The notes under the pieces were generated by a model. That model was not told where the DNA came from. It worked only from the letters and a program-made list of their open reading frames with translations, and made no database searches. From an uncultured Planctomycetota bacterium (GTDB lineage Bacteria > Planctomycetota > Planctomycetia > Isosphaerales > Isosphaeraceae): a stretch of DNA of 64,000 nucleotides. A program made the translations under genes and the position numbers. Positions 20,728-32,082 of this stretch are shown here, one piece after another (position 1 is the first letter of the stretch; each line of letters begins with the position of its first letter). Location: NCBI GenBank assembly GCA_963845755.1, contig CAWJTV010000013.1, forward strand, positions 224,001 through 288,000. Reading direction: 5' to 3'.

Positions 20728-23099
20728 TCACGACCCAGGATTGGCCGTGGACGCCAGCCCGCCGTTCGACTTTCCGAACTGCTTCTTCTCGACCGCGAGG
20801 GCCTCGGCCTCGGCCTTGAGGGCCTGAGCCTTCGCGACCGCGGCGTCGACCAGGGCTCGCTTCTCGGCGAGAGCCTTGTCGGCGGCGGCCTTGGCCGCCG
20901 TGGCCTGTTCCAGCTCCTTCTTGACGGCGGCGAGCTGGTTGGTGGCCGACTGGAGGGAGGTCCGGGCATCGGTGAGGGTCTTGTCGGCGGCGGTCTTGTC
21001 CTGGTCGGCGCGGGTAATGGCCTCGCGCGCCGAGGGCACGGACAACGCGGCCGCCCTGGCAAGGACGCGGGTCTTGGCGGCAGCCTGGGGCGCCGCGGCT
21101 TTGGCGGCCGAAGCCCGGGTGAGGCCCTGTCGGGCCGTCGAGAGGCGATCGGCCGAACTTGCGAGCGCCTGGATCAATTCGCTCGCCTTCTGGGCCTGCT
21201 TCTTCAACTCGGCGACGGCCTTGGCGTCGGCCTCGGGGGTTGTCGCGGCCTTGAGTGCCGTCGCGGCGGCGGCCAGCGCCGAGTCATGTGTCGTCTTGTC
21301 AGTCAGCGCCTTCTCCGCCGCGGTCCTGGCGGCGTTCAGGGTGTCAGTCGCGGCTTTCTCGGCCTGGGTGGTCTGACCCACGGCCTCGTCGGCCGCTTTC
21401 TGGGCCGCGGAGGTCTGTGCGGCAAGTTGTTCGGCGCCCTGGAGCGTGGCCCGCGCAGTCCTGGGCTGCGGTTGCTCTCGTCTTCACCGCCTGGTCGAGC
21501 TGCTGGACCGCGGCATTCTGCTTACCCGCCGCTTGCTCCGCCACCGCCACTTTCCCCTGCACTTGCGCCAGCGCGGCCTGCGCGGGGCCGATCGCATTCT
21601 GGAAGGGGATCAACTGTTTCGACAACGAATCGGCCTCGGCCTGTGCGGCGACCAGAGCCTGGTTCGTCTGCTGGAGCCGGGCCGCCAGCGGGGCGGGGTT
21701 GACCGTCAGGTTCGCCAGCCGGCGCCCGTCCTTCGGGTCCCAGACCCTGACTTCGCCCGACCAGTCGGCGGCGATGACCTTGGAATCATCGTGGGTCATG
21801 ACGGCCTCCAGCGCGAGGTCGCCGAACGCTTCGAAGTCGCGCTGCTTGTTCCCATTCTGATCCCAGAGCCGGACCACACGATCGCGGCCGGTCGAGACCA
21901 GCCTCCCGTCCCTGGCGAAATGGACCGACAAGGCGCCGCCGCCGTGCGCGCCGATGTTCTTGATGTTGCCGCCGTTCTCCATCTCCCAGAGTTTGATCGT
22001 CCCGTCCTCGCTGGAGGAGGCCAGGACGTTCGGAATCGAGCCGCCAGCTCACGTCGGTGATGAAGGCGGCGTGGCCCCGCAGGTCGTGGAACTCGCGGCC
22101 GGTCTGGGACTCCCAGACGATCAGGCCGTTGTTCCGGTCGCCGGTCGCGAGCAGGACGCCATCGGGGCTGAACTCGGCGGCCGTGATCCACTCGGTATGC
22201 TTACGCATCTCGAAGGCGAGCGAGCCGTCGGCCGTGTTGTAAACGCGGACGACCTTGCTGGGACCGCCGAGGGCCACCTGGCTGTGATCCGGGCTGATAT
22301 CCGCCGCGAGCACGACGTCGTACTCCTTGCCCACCTCGAAGACCCGGGTGCCTTTCTTCACGTCCCAGGCCACCGCCAGCCCGGACTGGCCGCCGCGACC
22401 GCCACCGGCCAGGAGTAGGTCGCCGTTGCGGCTGAACTTCAGGACGTAGATCAACCCTTCCGGAAATGGTAGCACGCCGACCAGGTGATTGTCGGTCGTC
22501 CGGTACAGGAGCACCTGCTTGTGACCGGCGACGGCGATCAACGGTGCCCAGGGACTCGCCGCCATCGCCACCACGGCGCTCGGCTTGGCCTCGGGCACGT
22601 ACGGTTCGGTCGTGACTCCCTCCGGCATCGCCGGCGTACCCGACGGCTTGCCCACCGACTTCGGATCCAGCTTGAACTCGAACTTCGGCTTGGCCTTGAC
22701 CGCCGCGACGCTCCCGGAGTTCTCCAGCGCACCGCCCGCGATCCAGTTCCGGATCAGGTCGATCTCGGCATCGGGGATCTTCGCCGACATCGGCGGCATC
22801 TTGGGCTCTTCCTTGTGGGTGACGACCAGCAGCAGCGTGCTGTTATCCGGGTCGCCCGGCTCGACGACCTTGCCCGAGCCCCCTCCCTGCATCGCCGAGC
22901 CGTAATTATCGAGGTTCAAGCCCCCCTTTTGCTTGTCGGGGTTGTGGCAGGAACCGCAACGGCTGCGAAACACCTGCGCCACGTGGTCCTGGAAGGTCAC
23001 CTTCGCCTTGGGCGGGTCGGCGGCCCGGCCGACCGAGACAATGCCCAGAAGGGAAAACAACACACCGCATAGTACGGCAGCCGCTAGCTTGGATCGCAT
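20728..23099 (-). CDS. Planctomycete cytochrome c + WD40 + Ala-rich coiled-coil protein; frameshifts near 22040 and 21440
   Basis: Signal peptide, CGSCH heme motif, KMPP, WIAGGA, WD40 repeats, Ala/Lys-rich tail. Confidence 0.85.
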
Positions 23100-23115
23100 G
23101 GTTGCTGGTCTCTTA

Positions 23116-23182
23116 TCGTAGGGTGGGTGCAACCCACCAGTTCTCCCAAGATTTAGATTGGTGGGCTGCACCCACCCTACGA
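23116..23182. repeat. REP doublet (GTAGGGTGGGTGCAACCCACC ... GGTGGGCTGCACCCACCCTAC)
   Basis: GTAG-headed palindromes in inverted orientation, intergenic. Confidence 0.8.
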
Positions 23183-23197
23183 AATGCATCGAATTGA

Positions 23198-25699
23198 TCA
23201 ATGATTAAACAAGAATTCTCGACTATTGAGCAACGCCCAGAACAGGTCATCGAGGGCCTGGGTCTGGTCCTTGCTCTGGTTCAAGGCCGGGACGAGCTTG
23301 GCCAGCTCGTCCTTGGTCGGCGTGCGCGAGAAGCAGCGCAGGTAAAGCTCGGTGATCCGCTCGTCGGGGGTCTTCTTGGATTTCATGAGCTTGGGGATCA
23401 AGCCGCCCTGCTGGATCTTGGCATTGCTGGTGTCGCCGTTGAGCAGATGGAGGGCCTGGGAGAGCGTCGGCTCCATCTTGACCTCGCAGGAGCAAGGGGT
23501 CTCTCGGGTGGCGCGGCCGAAGGTCCGGAGGAAGTAGGTGGACCGGCCGCCGTCGGCGATCTGGGTGGCTCGCGCGCCTAAGGGCAGGCCGTCGAACTTG
23601 TCCTTGGTGTCGGTCACGAAGCTGATGGTGTCGAGCAGGCTCTCGGCCTTGATCCGGCGCACCAGAGCATGGGCGAAGTTCCGGTCGTCGCTGGCGTTGC
23701 TCTCGTTGCGCTGGGTCGAGCGCTGATAGGTCCGCGAGTTGCAGATGTCGCGGACCAACTGCTTGAGGTTGTACTTCGTGTCCGTGAAGTGCTTGCCCAG
23801 GGCCTCGAGCAGCTCCGCGTTCGTCGCCGGGTTGCTGACCCGGAAGTCATCGATCGGCTCGACGATCCCGACGCCCATGAAGTGCGCCCAGACGCGATTG
23901 GCGAACGAGGTGGCGAACCAGGGATTCTGCGGCGAGGCCAGCCACTTGGCGAGCACCACGCGGCGGTCCTTGCCGGCGACGTTGGGGACTTCGCCACCCA
24001 GGAACTTGGGCGGCATGGCGCGACCACCCACGGGATGGGCCACCTCGCCGCCGCCCGAGTTGAAGATGATCGTCTCGCGATAGTCCTCGCCCTGCTTGCG
24101 GCCGATCTGGGCGAAGAACGCCGCGAAGCTGTAATAGTCGTTCTGGGTCCAGCGGTCGAAGGGGTGGTTGTGACACTGGGCGCACTGGACCCGGATCCCC
24201 ATGAAGACCTGGGCGACGTTCTCGCTTAGCGGCAGCGTCTCGTTCGTGAGCTGGTAGAAGTTGGTCGCCGCGTTCTTGAACGTGCCACCGCTGGCACCCA
24301 GGAGCTCCTGGACCATCTCATCCATCGGCATGTTCTTGGAGAGCTTGTCAACCAGCCAGTTGTAATAGAGGAACATGGCCTTCTGGCTGACGTTCCGGTT
24401 CGGGTCGGTGCGGATCTGCAACAGCTCGGCCCACTTCGAGACCCAGATCTCGGAGAACTCCTTGCGCTCGAGCAGCTCGTCGACCCACTTCGCGCGCTTC
24501 TTCGGGTCGCTCGAGGCCATGAACCGTTGGTATTCCTCGACGCTCGGCGGCAGGCCCACGATGTCGATCGCGGCGCGGCGGAGGAACGTCGCGTCGTCAC
24601 ACTGCCCGGAGGGGCCGATCCGGAGCTTCTTGAGTTTGTCGTTGACCAGCTTGTCGACGTAGTTGAACTCGGGCTCATTGGGGAACGTGAAGGTCAGGCC
24701 CTTGGGGAGCACGATGAACTGCGAGCCGACCGTGTGGGTCTCGAACCGGGCCATGACGAACGCCTCGCCGCGGTCGCCCGCGGTGATCAGACCGTCGGGG
24801 CTGACGGGCGCGGAGACGTCATTGTTGGTCAGGAAGACGGCCAGGCTGGTGACGTCGCGGTCGGTGCCGTCGGAATAGCGGGCCCGGGCGGTGAGCTGCT
24901 GGGTCGCTCCCTTGCCGTCGAGGACCCCCTGTTTGGGATAGATGTCCACGCCGACGACCGTCGGGAGCTTGTTGACGTCGTCATTCAGGGCGCCGGCCTC
25001 GATCCAGCCATGGAGGGTCTGGTACAGTTCGCTCGACGACTCGAACCGCTTGCCGCCGGTGTGGTTCACGGCACCAATGGCCTTCTCCAACATGGTGCTG
25101 TCCGAAGGGACGGCGCGATTGATCCGGCGGCCGACCATCTCGCGGGTGAGCCGGTAGTGATCGCCCTCGGGGTCGAAGCCGAAGAGTGAGATGCGGAACC
25201 CATCCTTGCCCCGCGCCGCGCCGTGGCAGCTCCCGGTATTGCAGCCGGCCCGCATGAACACGGGCATCACATCGAGCCGGAAGCTGAGCGGGGGCTGCAC
25301 CGTCGCCTGGCTGACCTTCACCGGCACCGGGACCGTCCGGCCCTCGTAACTCACGGTCAATGTCGTGGACCCGTCCGCGACCGGATAGAGGATCGCTCCC
25401 ACGCGCCGGGCCGGTTTCGGATCGGCCAGGCTCAGCGCGGCGTCCTTCGTCACGTCGCGGGTGATCCCGTCGGCGAACGTCGCCTGGACCACGATCGACT
25501 GCCGGTCGCGGGCGGTCGTCAGTTGGATCTCGGGCGGGTAGACCGCCAGGCCGGTCAGCGGCGCCGTGTGGGGTGGCGCGAAGACCTCGGCGGGGAGATC
25601 GGCCTGCGGCCGATCCCCGGCGCGAGCGATCGTGGCCAGGCCGAGTAGCAGGAGACCGACTCCGCTCATCCGTCGGATCGAGGAAAACGTATGGCTCAT
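23198..25699 (-). CDS. DUF1549/DUF1553 protein with Ig-like domains
   Basis: GCNTGSCHG, DATFLRR, CAQCHNHPFD, NRVWAHFMG.G.VEP.DD, FGRATRET.C.CE, ALLNSREFLFNH. Confidence 0.92.
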   Translation of the reverse strand: MSHTFSSIRRMSGVGLLLLGLATIARAGDRPQADLPAEVFAPPHTAPLTGLAVYPPEIQLTTARDRQSIVVQATFADGITRDVTKDAALSLADPKPARRVGAILYPVADGSTTLTVSYEGRTVPVPVKVSQATVQPPLSFRLDVMPVFMRAGCNTGSCHGAARGKDGFRISLFGFDPEGDHYRLTREMVGRRINRAVPSDSTMLEKAIGAVNHTGGKRFESSSELYQTLHGWIEAGALNDDVNKLPTVVGVDIYPKQGVLDGKGATQQLTARARYSDGTDRDVTSLAVFLTNNDVSAPVSPDGLITAGDRGEAFVMARFETHTVGSQFIVLPKGLTFTFPNEPEFNYVDKLVNDKLKKLRIGPSGQCDDATFLRRAAIDIVGLPPSVEEYQRFMASSDPKKRAKWVDELLERKEFSEIWVSKWAELLQIRTDPNRNVSQKAMFLYYNWLVDKLSKNMPMDEMVQELLGASGGTFKNAATNFYQLTNETLPLSENVAQVFMGIRVQCAQCHNHPFDRWTQNDYYSFAAFFAQIGRKQGEDYRETIIFNSGGGEVAHPVGGRAMPPKFLGGEVPNVAGKDRRVVLAKWLASPQNPWFATSFANRVWAHFMGVGIVEPIDDFRVSNPATNAELLEALGKHFTDTKYNLKQLVRDICNSRTYQRSTQRNESNASDDRNFAHALVRRIKAESLLDTISFVTDTKDKFDGLPLGARATQIADGGRSTYFLRTFGRATRETPCSCEVKMEPTLSQALHLLNGDTSNAKIQQGGLIPKLMKSKKTPDERITELYLRCFSRTPTKDELAKLVPALNQSKDQTQALDDLFWALLNSREFLFNH

Positions 25700-25723
25700 G
25701 GTGATGGGATCCTTGCTGATTCA

Positions 25724-25787
25724 ACGTAGATCAGGCTTTCCAGCCTGACATGTGATTCGGTGTCAGGCTGGAAAGCCTGACCTACGT
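25724..25787. repeat. REP doublet (GTAGATCAGGCTTTCCAGCCTGACA ... TGTCAGGCTGGAAAGCCTGACCTAC)
   Basis: Near-perfect inverted repeat, intergenic. Confidence 0.8.
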
Positions 25788-25793
25788 GGTTGC

Positions 25794-28224
25794 TCACTTG
25801 CCCGCGGCCTTGGCTTGTGCGCTCTCGAGCCGGAGCTTCTCCAGCCGGGTGAGCGGCCTGGCGGGCGCAGCCGCCGGCTTGGGAGCGGCCGCGACCTTCA
25901 CCGGCGCCGGCGCCGGTGCGTTCGGTTTGGGCGGCAGCGGCACGTCGATGCGGAGGGCGCCGGTGCCGATGTTGTGCAAGATCGGCTCGCCGTTCTGCAT
26001 CACCACCACCTGGCAGAACAGGCTATTATGATTACCGGCCGGCGAGACCTTGTCGGTCTTGATATGGAAGACCAGGTCGGTCGTGTCCTTGGTGATCTTC
26101 TTGACGTCGGTGGTGACCTTGTTGGGCAGTCCGATCAGCGTGACCTGAGCCTCGCCTGGGAAATCGACGGCCTTGGCCACCTTGATCGCCATGTTCAACC
26201 TCCTTCCCCTGATCGACGCTCGCCGCCTGGAACGCGAGGCCGACGAATGGCTGGGAGATCGTCAAGTTGGCCAGTTGCGAGGAGACCATGATCGGCCCGG
26301 ACGCCACGCCCGACGCCCCCTGGACCACGATCTTCCAGGTCCGCAACTCGGCGCCGCCGTCGGCGTTCACGGGGATGATGGCCTCGTCCTTGCCCTCGGG
26401 GATCGCGATCCCACCGCCCGAGCCGACGCCCGGCGGGTTCCACGGGAGATAGACCGCGATCGCCGCCTTGAAGCCCGGCTTGCGGTGTGCCCGGATCTTC
26501 AGCCCCATCGAGCCGCCGCGGACCAGCGGCACCTTGGGCTCGACGATCTCGATCGTGTAGGGGCATTCGTCGGTCACGGCAACCGCCAGGCGATCGACCG
26601 TCCGGGACCAGACGTTGACGTTGTTCTGGCCGAAAACCAGGATCGATGTCGCGGAGAACTCCGAGGGGACCTTGACCTTCTCGTCGACCGGCTTGCCGGT
26701 GACCGTCGCCAGCGACGAGCCCAGCGGTGCATCGGGCTTGGCCGAGAAGAGTACGGGCACGACCGGCTGGCTGGCGGCCATGATCGGCGCCTCGAAGGTC
26801 ACGCCCGGCGGCAAGTTTCCGACTCCGACATTCAGCTCGCCGCCGAAGTCCGCTCGCGAACCGTAGATCAAGAGCGCCTGCCGGTTCCCCTTGGGCACCG
26901 CGGCGGCGATGATGCCGGTGCCGAGCGGGATCTGCTCGGTGACCGTGGACATCGCCAGCTTCGCCACGACCGGGGTGGCTTCGATGCGATAGGCGTAGTC
27001 GGGCCCGCCCTTGCCGAGCTGGTCGACCAGCCAGATCACATACTCGGCGTTCTCCGGCGCCTGGAATCGGAAATAGCTATCCGGTCCGATCGCGTCGTCG
27101 GCACCGAGCATCGCCCCGCCGCCCTTTTTGCCCAGGTACATGACCGGATCGAGCGGCGAACGAATCCGCCGCGCGTAGCAATGGATATCGAAGACCTGGC
27201 CCTTGGTCGCCTTGAAGACGAAGTGATCGACGTCACCGGGCTTGCCGATGATCCCGTTGACGGCCATCGTCGTCTCGAACGGCGTGGCGTGGGCCTGGTC
27301 GTCGTTGGGTTCCTTCTCGATCACGTTGCCCAGCGACGTGAGCCGGAAGACGTTGGGATACGGCGAGACCCCCTTATCGTCCTGACGCATCAGACCGAAC
27401 TCGTTCGAGGCGGAGCTCGGCAGCGTCACCTTCGTGGTCGTCTCGCCGGCTGCGTCCCCGATCCAACGCACCTCCAGGGTCTCACCGGGCTTGCCACCGG
27501 CGGGCATCAGCGCCGTCGCGCGGGGGAAATTGCCCACGTGGAGCCGATAGAGGCACGCGCCGTTGCCCGAGTAGGAACTCTCGCGCACCTGGATGATGTA
27601 CTTCCCATCCTCCGGCGCGATGATCGACGTGAACCCGTCGCGAAGGATCAACGCCGCGTCGTCGCTGACGCCCAGCTCGAACCGCTTCGCGTTCAGGATC
27701 GCCACGTACGGATCGAACTCGAAGATGCCCAGCCGGTGCCCCTCGACCTCGACCGAGATCCGCTCTCCCTTCTTGGCCGCGACGACGAAGTAATCCACGT
27801 CCTCGTTCTCGGCGACGCCGTTGACCGTCACGTTCATGGCGATCGGCTGCGGAGCCGCGAAGTCGTTATTGGGCTCCTTCTCCTGCGTCTCCTTGAGCGC
27901 GCCGACGCTGAATGTCCGATGCTCGCTGATCCCGGTCGCCGTCCGCACCCGCAGGTCGTGGAGTCCCAGGGAGCATTCCGGCGCGATCTTCATCCGGACG
28001 GTAACGGCGTTATCGTTCACTTTCTTGATCGAGATCGTCGCGATCCCGGGCTGGTAATACATGATCTCGACGGCATCGCCCAGCCGCTCGCCGGAGAAGG
28101 TCACGTCCAGCTCGGTACCGCGCTGGCCGCCCACGGGACGGATCGCGGTCAGGCTGGGCGAGGCCGCTTGGGCTGTTGACAGGAGCAGGAACGTGAGGGC
28201 TGTTGCAAAGAGGCTGAAACGCAT
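25794..28224 (-). CDS. Secreted PPC (pre-peptidase C-terminal) domain protein; frameshift near 26200
   Basis: Signal peptide, P.GGQRG, EKEPNND x2, DVDYF/DVDHF, YRLHVG; position in DUF1501 cluster. Confidence 0.85.
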
Positions 28225-28243
28225 CGTCGCTTCGCTCCGGTTT

Positions 28244-28840
28244 TCAAGGATTCGCCCGGCCGACCGCGATCTTGGGTCGGGTCGGACCGGAAATCAGTCG
28301 GAAGGTCAGCGGCAAGACCTGACTGGAAAGGACGAGGGCATCGTCCAGGCGGGCACGCCCGACCAGTTCCCACCGATCGCCTTCTCTTCGATGAAGCTCC
28401 AGTTGCCAGGGGTTGCGGTCCACCAGGTGCAATTCGCGGACGCCAACCTTCGCATAGAAGCCGAATTTCTCGCGCGAACGATCGAACCGGCTCGTGATCT
28501 CGACCGCGTAATCTGGCCCGCCGAACCAATGCGATCCCCGATCCTCAGCCGGGTTCCCCGGGAGGAACACGGCGACATCGGGGCATCGATAATTGCGTCT
28601 CCAACGCTTGGGCTGATCGCTGATATTGCAACCGGCGAAGAGCTGAATCGGTTCATCAGGCCCCAGGACGTTCCGGATGTCGATCGCGAATTCGAGTCCG
28701 AGCCGCTGATGCTCGTTGTCGGCCAGCGGCGGCATGACGTAGACCCCGTTCCAGACCTCGTCCCGGAGATCGCCGCCGGAGGCGCGGCGCTTCCGGATCA
28801 GGCGCTTCAATTCACCGGGATCGAGGCTCACGATGGCCAT
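28244..28840 (-). CDS. Uma2 family endonuclease
   Basis: EVWNGVYVM, HQRL, YRCPDV, PDYAVEITS, YAKVGVRE. Confidence 0.88.
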   Translation of the reverse strand: MAIVSLDPGELKRLIRKRRASGGDLRDEVWNGVYVMPPLADNEHQRLGLEFAIDIRNVLGPDEPIQLFAGCNISDQPKRWRRNYRCPDVAVFLPGNPAEDRGSHWFGGPDYAVEITSRFDRSREKFGFYAKVGVRELHLVDRNPWQLELHRREGDRWELVGRARLDDALVLSSQVLPLTFRLISGPTRPKIAVGRANP

Positions 28841-28852
28841 GGGCTTTCCTCG

Positions 28853-28923
28853 AATCAGTTTTCAGTGTTCGGATTTCATCAGGCAAACGTTTTATCAACT
28901 GAACACTGACTACTGACCACTGC
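28853..28923. repeat. Imperfect inverted heptamer array (TCAGTTT/TCAGTGT ... ACTGAAC/ACTGACT/ACTGACC)
   Basis: Visible 7-mer periodicity, between DUF1501 and Uma2. Confidence 0.55.
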
Positions 28924-28927
28924 TGGC

Positions 28928-30238
28928 TCAGGCCAACAACTCCTTGACCACATTGCCACCGTTGACGATCTCGATGGGCCGGTTGCCCGGCGCCATCAGT
29001 TCCTTGTCGGCGACGATGCCGAGTTGATGGTAGACGGTGGTGGCGAAGTCCTCGGGCCCAATCGGATCGCGTTCGGGCTCGGAGGCCGTGGAGTTCGAGG
29101 AGCCATAGATGACTCCGCGCTTGACGCCGCCGCCGGCCAGCACGACGCTGAAGACCTTGGGCCAGTGGTCGCGGCCGGCCTGCGGATTGATCTTCGGGGT
29201 GCGGCCGAACTCGCTGGAGACCATGACGAGGGTCCGGTTGAGCAGCCCGTTGCGGTCGAGGTCCCGGATCAAGGTCGCGAACGCCTGGTCGAACGGCGGC
29301 ATCTGGCTCCTCATGCCGGAGACGATCTGGTAGTGGAAGTCCCAGCCGCCGTAATCGACCGTGACGAACCGGACGCCCGCGGCCACCAGCCGGCGGGCCA
29401 GCAGCATGCGCTGACCGGCGGCGTGCCGCCCGTACTCGTCCCGGATCTTGGCCGGCTCGGCGTTGATGTTGAACGCCTCCCGGGCCTTCTGCGAGCTGAT
29501 CAGGCTGTAGGCCCGCTGGTAGAAGGTATCCATCGCCTCGATGTTGTCGCTCTTCTCGCGCTCGGCGAAATAGGCATTCACGGTGTCGAGCATATTGCGC
29601 CGAGAGGCGAACCGCGGCTCCTTGACCGAACCGGGCAGGTTCAGGTCCTGGACCTGGAATCCCGGATCCGCCGGGTCGCGACCCAGACTGAACGGCGAGA
29701 ACGAAGAGCTAAGATAGCCCGTGCCCGCATACGTGTTCGGCTGGTTCGGGATGCAGACGTATGGCGGCAGGTTGTTCCGGGGGCCGTACTCGTGGGAGAC
29801 CACGCTGCCCATGCTGGGAAACTGGAGTGCGGGGCTGGGGCGGTAGCCCGTGAACATGTTGTGCGTGCCCCGCTCGTGGGCCGCCTCGCCATGCGTCATC
29901 GAGCGGATCACCAGCAGTTTGTCGGCGATCTGAGCGGTCTGGGGGAGCGTCTCGCTGAACTTCTCGCCCTCGATCTTGGTGTTGATCGAGCCCATGTCGC
30001 CCCGGTACTCGATCGGGGCGAACGGCTTGGGGTCGAACGTCTCCTGGTGCGCGATCCCACCGGGGAGGAAAATATGGATCACCGAGTCGGCTTTCGGCGC
30101 GATTGCGGCGTAGTTCTTCAGATCGGCCCGCGCCTCGATTCGCAGGACGTCGGCCAGGGTCAAGCCCCCGAGCCCAATCGTCCCGACCGTGAGGAACCCT
30201 CGGCGACTGACCGGGTTGCGGAAACTGGCGGATGCCAT
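28928..30238 (-). CDS. DUF1501 family protein with Tat-like signal
   Basis: SRRGFL, FLPGG..H.ETFDPKP, ARRLVAAGVRFV, GWDFH, EFGRTPKIN, GRDHWP. Confidence 0.93.
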   Translation of the reverse strand: MASASFRNPVSRRGFLTVGTIGLGGLTLADVLRIEARADLKNYAAIAPKADSVIHIFLPGGIAHQETFDPKPFAPIEYRGDMGSINTKIEGEKFSETLPQTAQIADKLLVIRSMTHGEAAHERGTHNMFTGYRPSPALQFPSMGSVVSHEYGPRNNLPPYVCIPNQPNTYAGTGYLSSSFSPFSLGRDPADPGFQVQDLNLPGSVKEPRFASRRNMLDTVNAYFAEREKSDNIEAMDTFYQRAYSLISSQKAREAFNINAEPAKIRDEYGRHAAGQRMLLARRLVAAGVRFVTVDYGGWDFHYQIVSGMRSQMPPFDQAFATLIRDLDRNGLLNRTLVMVSSEFGRTPKINPQAGRDHWPKVFSVVLAGGGVKRGVIYGSSNSTASEPERDPIGPEDFATTVYHQLGIVADKELMAPGNRPIEIVNGGNVVKELLA

Positions 30239-30804
30239 CGAATCGTCTCCTCTGCTCGGTGATCTCGGGAATCGACGCTGCAAAACCGAGGCCGGCTCGC
30301 GGCACTCGTCGCCGCCCCGCGGAATCACCACACTGGGTAAAATAGGATAGGTGCGTTCGATACAGGATGGTCAATTGACGGCGAGAAAACCTTCGTGGTC
30401 GGGTGTGGATAATCCTTGCAAGGATGTATGCGTATCAGGAACCCACTTCGCGTCGCTCCCTCGACTTGATGTTCCGCCATCGAGGGGCCGCGTTACTCCA
30501 TAGGCATAAGTGCTTGGCGTCTCTGAATTTAGGAGGGATGGTTGGGTCCGAAAGCGAGTCGAGTAGCGTCCTGGGATGTCCAACAGCATCGCACAGCACT
30601 TGTTAAATAAATACGGAGTGGTTGCAACCTGCCTGGCGCGGTTTCTCCTGAAAACGTCCAGGTGGGCCCTTTTTCCGAATGCGGAACGCGTGATTGTCGT
30701 CCCGCGCCCTCCAAGTTCCGTAGACTGAATCCGGTGATCGATCCCAATGTCGGAACGACCGCCGCAATCGACCTGATCGGCAAAGTTTGCGTAGACCTCT
30801 CAGA

Positions 30805-30913
30805 TTTGGCTTCGTTCGCGCATTTTGCCTCGGATTGGTTGAGCGGGCCTGGGTTCGTTCGCGCGATTCTGGCTGGATCGGACAGTGATCCTGGGTTCGT
30901 TCGCGCGATTTTG
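30805..30913. repeat. Three dispersed copies of TGG(C/G)TTCGTTCGCGC at about 42-43 bp period
   Basis: Copies at 30807, 30850, 30892. Confidence 0.7.
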
Positions 30914-31601
30914 CTCGCGAGCTTCGTCCCGAGGCCCGAAGCCTCCTGGCTGCCGCCCCATCGCGTCGCATCCCCCATTTCAGCCGATACCCCCGTTTTT
31001 CGTTTTCTTCTCGTTGCGCACCCCGAACGCTGCCGGGACGACCCTTATCCTTATTATAGAAACTCGTACGGGGTTTGTGACGCCAGGGCTCGGGAAAAAC
31101 CGGAACCACCCGCCTGGTGCCGCCTCCCCGGCGACCGCATTGACGCCGGCGTACGCCGTCTGCCGACGACTTCAGAACCGAGCCCCGGTCGGTCCGCCGT
31201 GCAAGCGCCGCAAGGTGGTCGTTCTTCTGGGACACCGATTGCACCAACTCAATGAACTGCCGACCGAACTCGGCAGCCTGCGCCCAACCACGGGTCTGAT
31301 CCTTGATCGTTTGAGGCTGACTCGTTCGCCGAGCTCCGCGCCGCCACGAGGGTCCGCAATGCGATCCCGGCCAATGATCGATCCATCGTGCGCTCCTCAA
31401 AGGCGTCCTGTTCTGTATGGACACCATGCCACTTACTCCAAACCGGGTGAGGGTTGGGTAGGGTCGAGCCAGCCGAAAAGAGGCGCCGGCGCGAATGTGC
31501 GTCGCGCCGCTTCCGGCCCGGGTGGGTAGCGACTACACTGGTCATGAAGACGGTCCAAACCTGCATAACGGTCAATGATCGACCTATTGGTCTGGCGGGT
31601 C

Positions 31602-31870
31602 ATGGTGGCCGGGGCTCAAGAGGGAAAGCCGGACTACCTGGAAGTTCTGGTGGTCGCGGCGGCGCCGGTGGATCTCCGGCCGGCGCTGAACCTGGCGGTC
31701 GAGGTTGCGAAGCTCGAGGACATGGTGCGACGGTCGGCGATCCCGATCCGTATGCGCCGACTGTTCCCGCCGACGTACGCGCAATTGGAGAAGGAGCTCT
31801 CGGCACCGGCTCTGGAACGGAGGAGGCGCGAGCCGCGGGTGCTCCATTTCCTGGACCACGGGGTGAACAG
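31602..31870 (+). pseudogene. Truncated CHAT (caspase-like) domain gene fragment
   Basis: LEVLVVAAAP.DL..LNL..E...PPTYAQLEKEL...RVLHFLDHG, then coding character is lost. Confidence 0.6.
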
Positions 31871-31886
31871 GCTGCACTGTGAACGC

Positions 31887-31915
31887 TTGACAATGCCTAG
31901 GTTTGCGTTCATTAT
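31887..31915 (+). promoter_or_regulatory. Putative sigma70 promoter upstream of STAND gene
   Basis: TTGACA-17 bp-CATTAT. Confidence 0.5.
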
Positions 31916-32082
31916 TACCGTCATGACAGGCCAGGATCATGAGTATCGTGATCCTCCCTTGTATCCGTGGAGAGGCACCGTCGAGAAGAGTAACTTGGCT
32001 ACTCGGTGCAAGGTGGGACAGGAGCCGACTGAGGTCAGCGAGTTACAGAGCTGGGACGACCTCCTCCATTCGAGTTGATGTG

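Noticed and set aside
26173..28179. 668-aa plus-strand ORF and similar long antisense ORFs (16549-17907, 29024-30262, 2590-3990)
   Set aside because: Shadows of real genes caused by high GC3; no motifs
1103..28224. Calling frameshifted housekeeping-type genes pseudogenes or programmed frameshifts
   Set aside because: Indels are scattered, often in GC runs and sometimes compensating, with no in-frame nonsense decay; sequencing error is more likely
30805..30913. Three regularly spaced repeats resembling a mini CRISPR
   Set aside because: Repeats only ~15-20 bp and degenerate, period ~42 bp too short, no cas1/cas2 nearby; fits a low-complexity dispersed repeat
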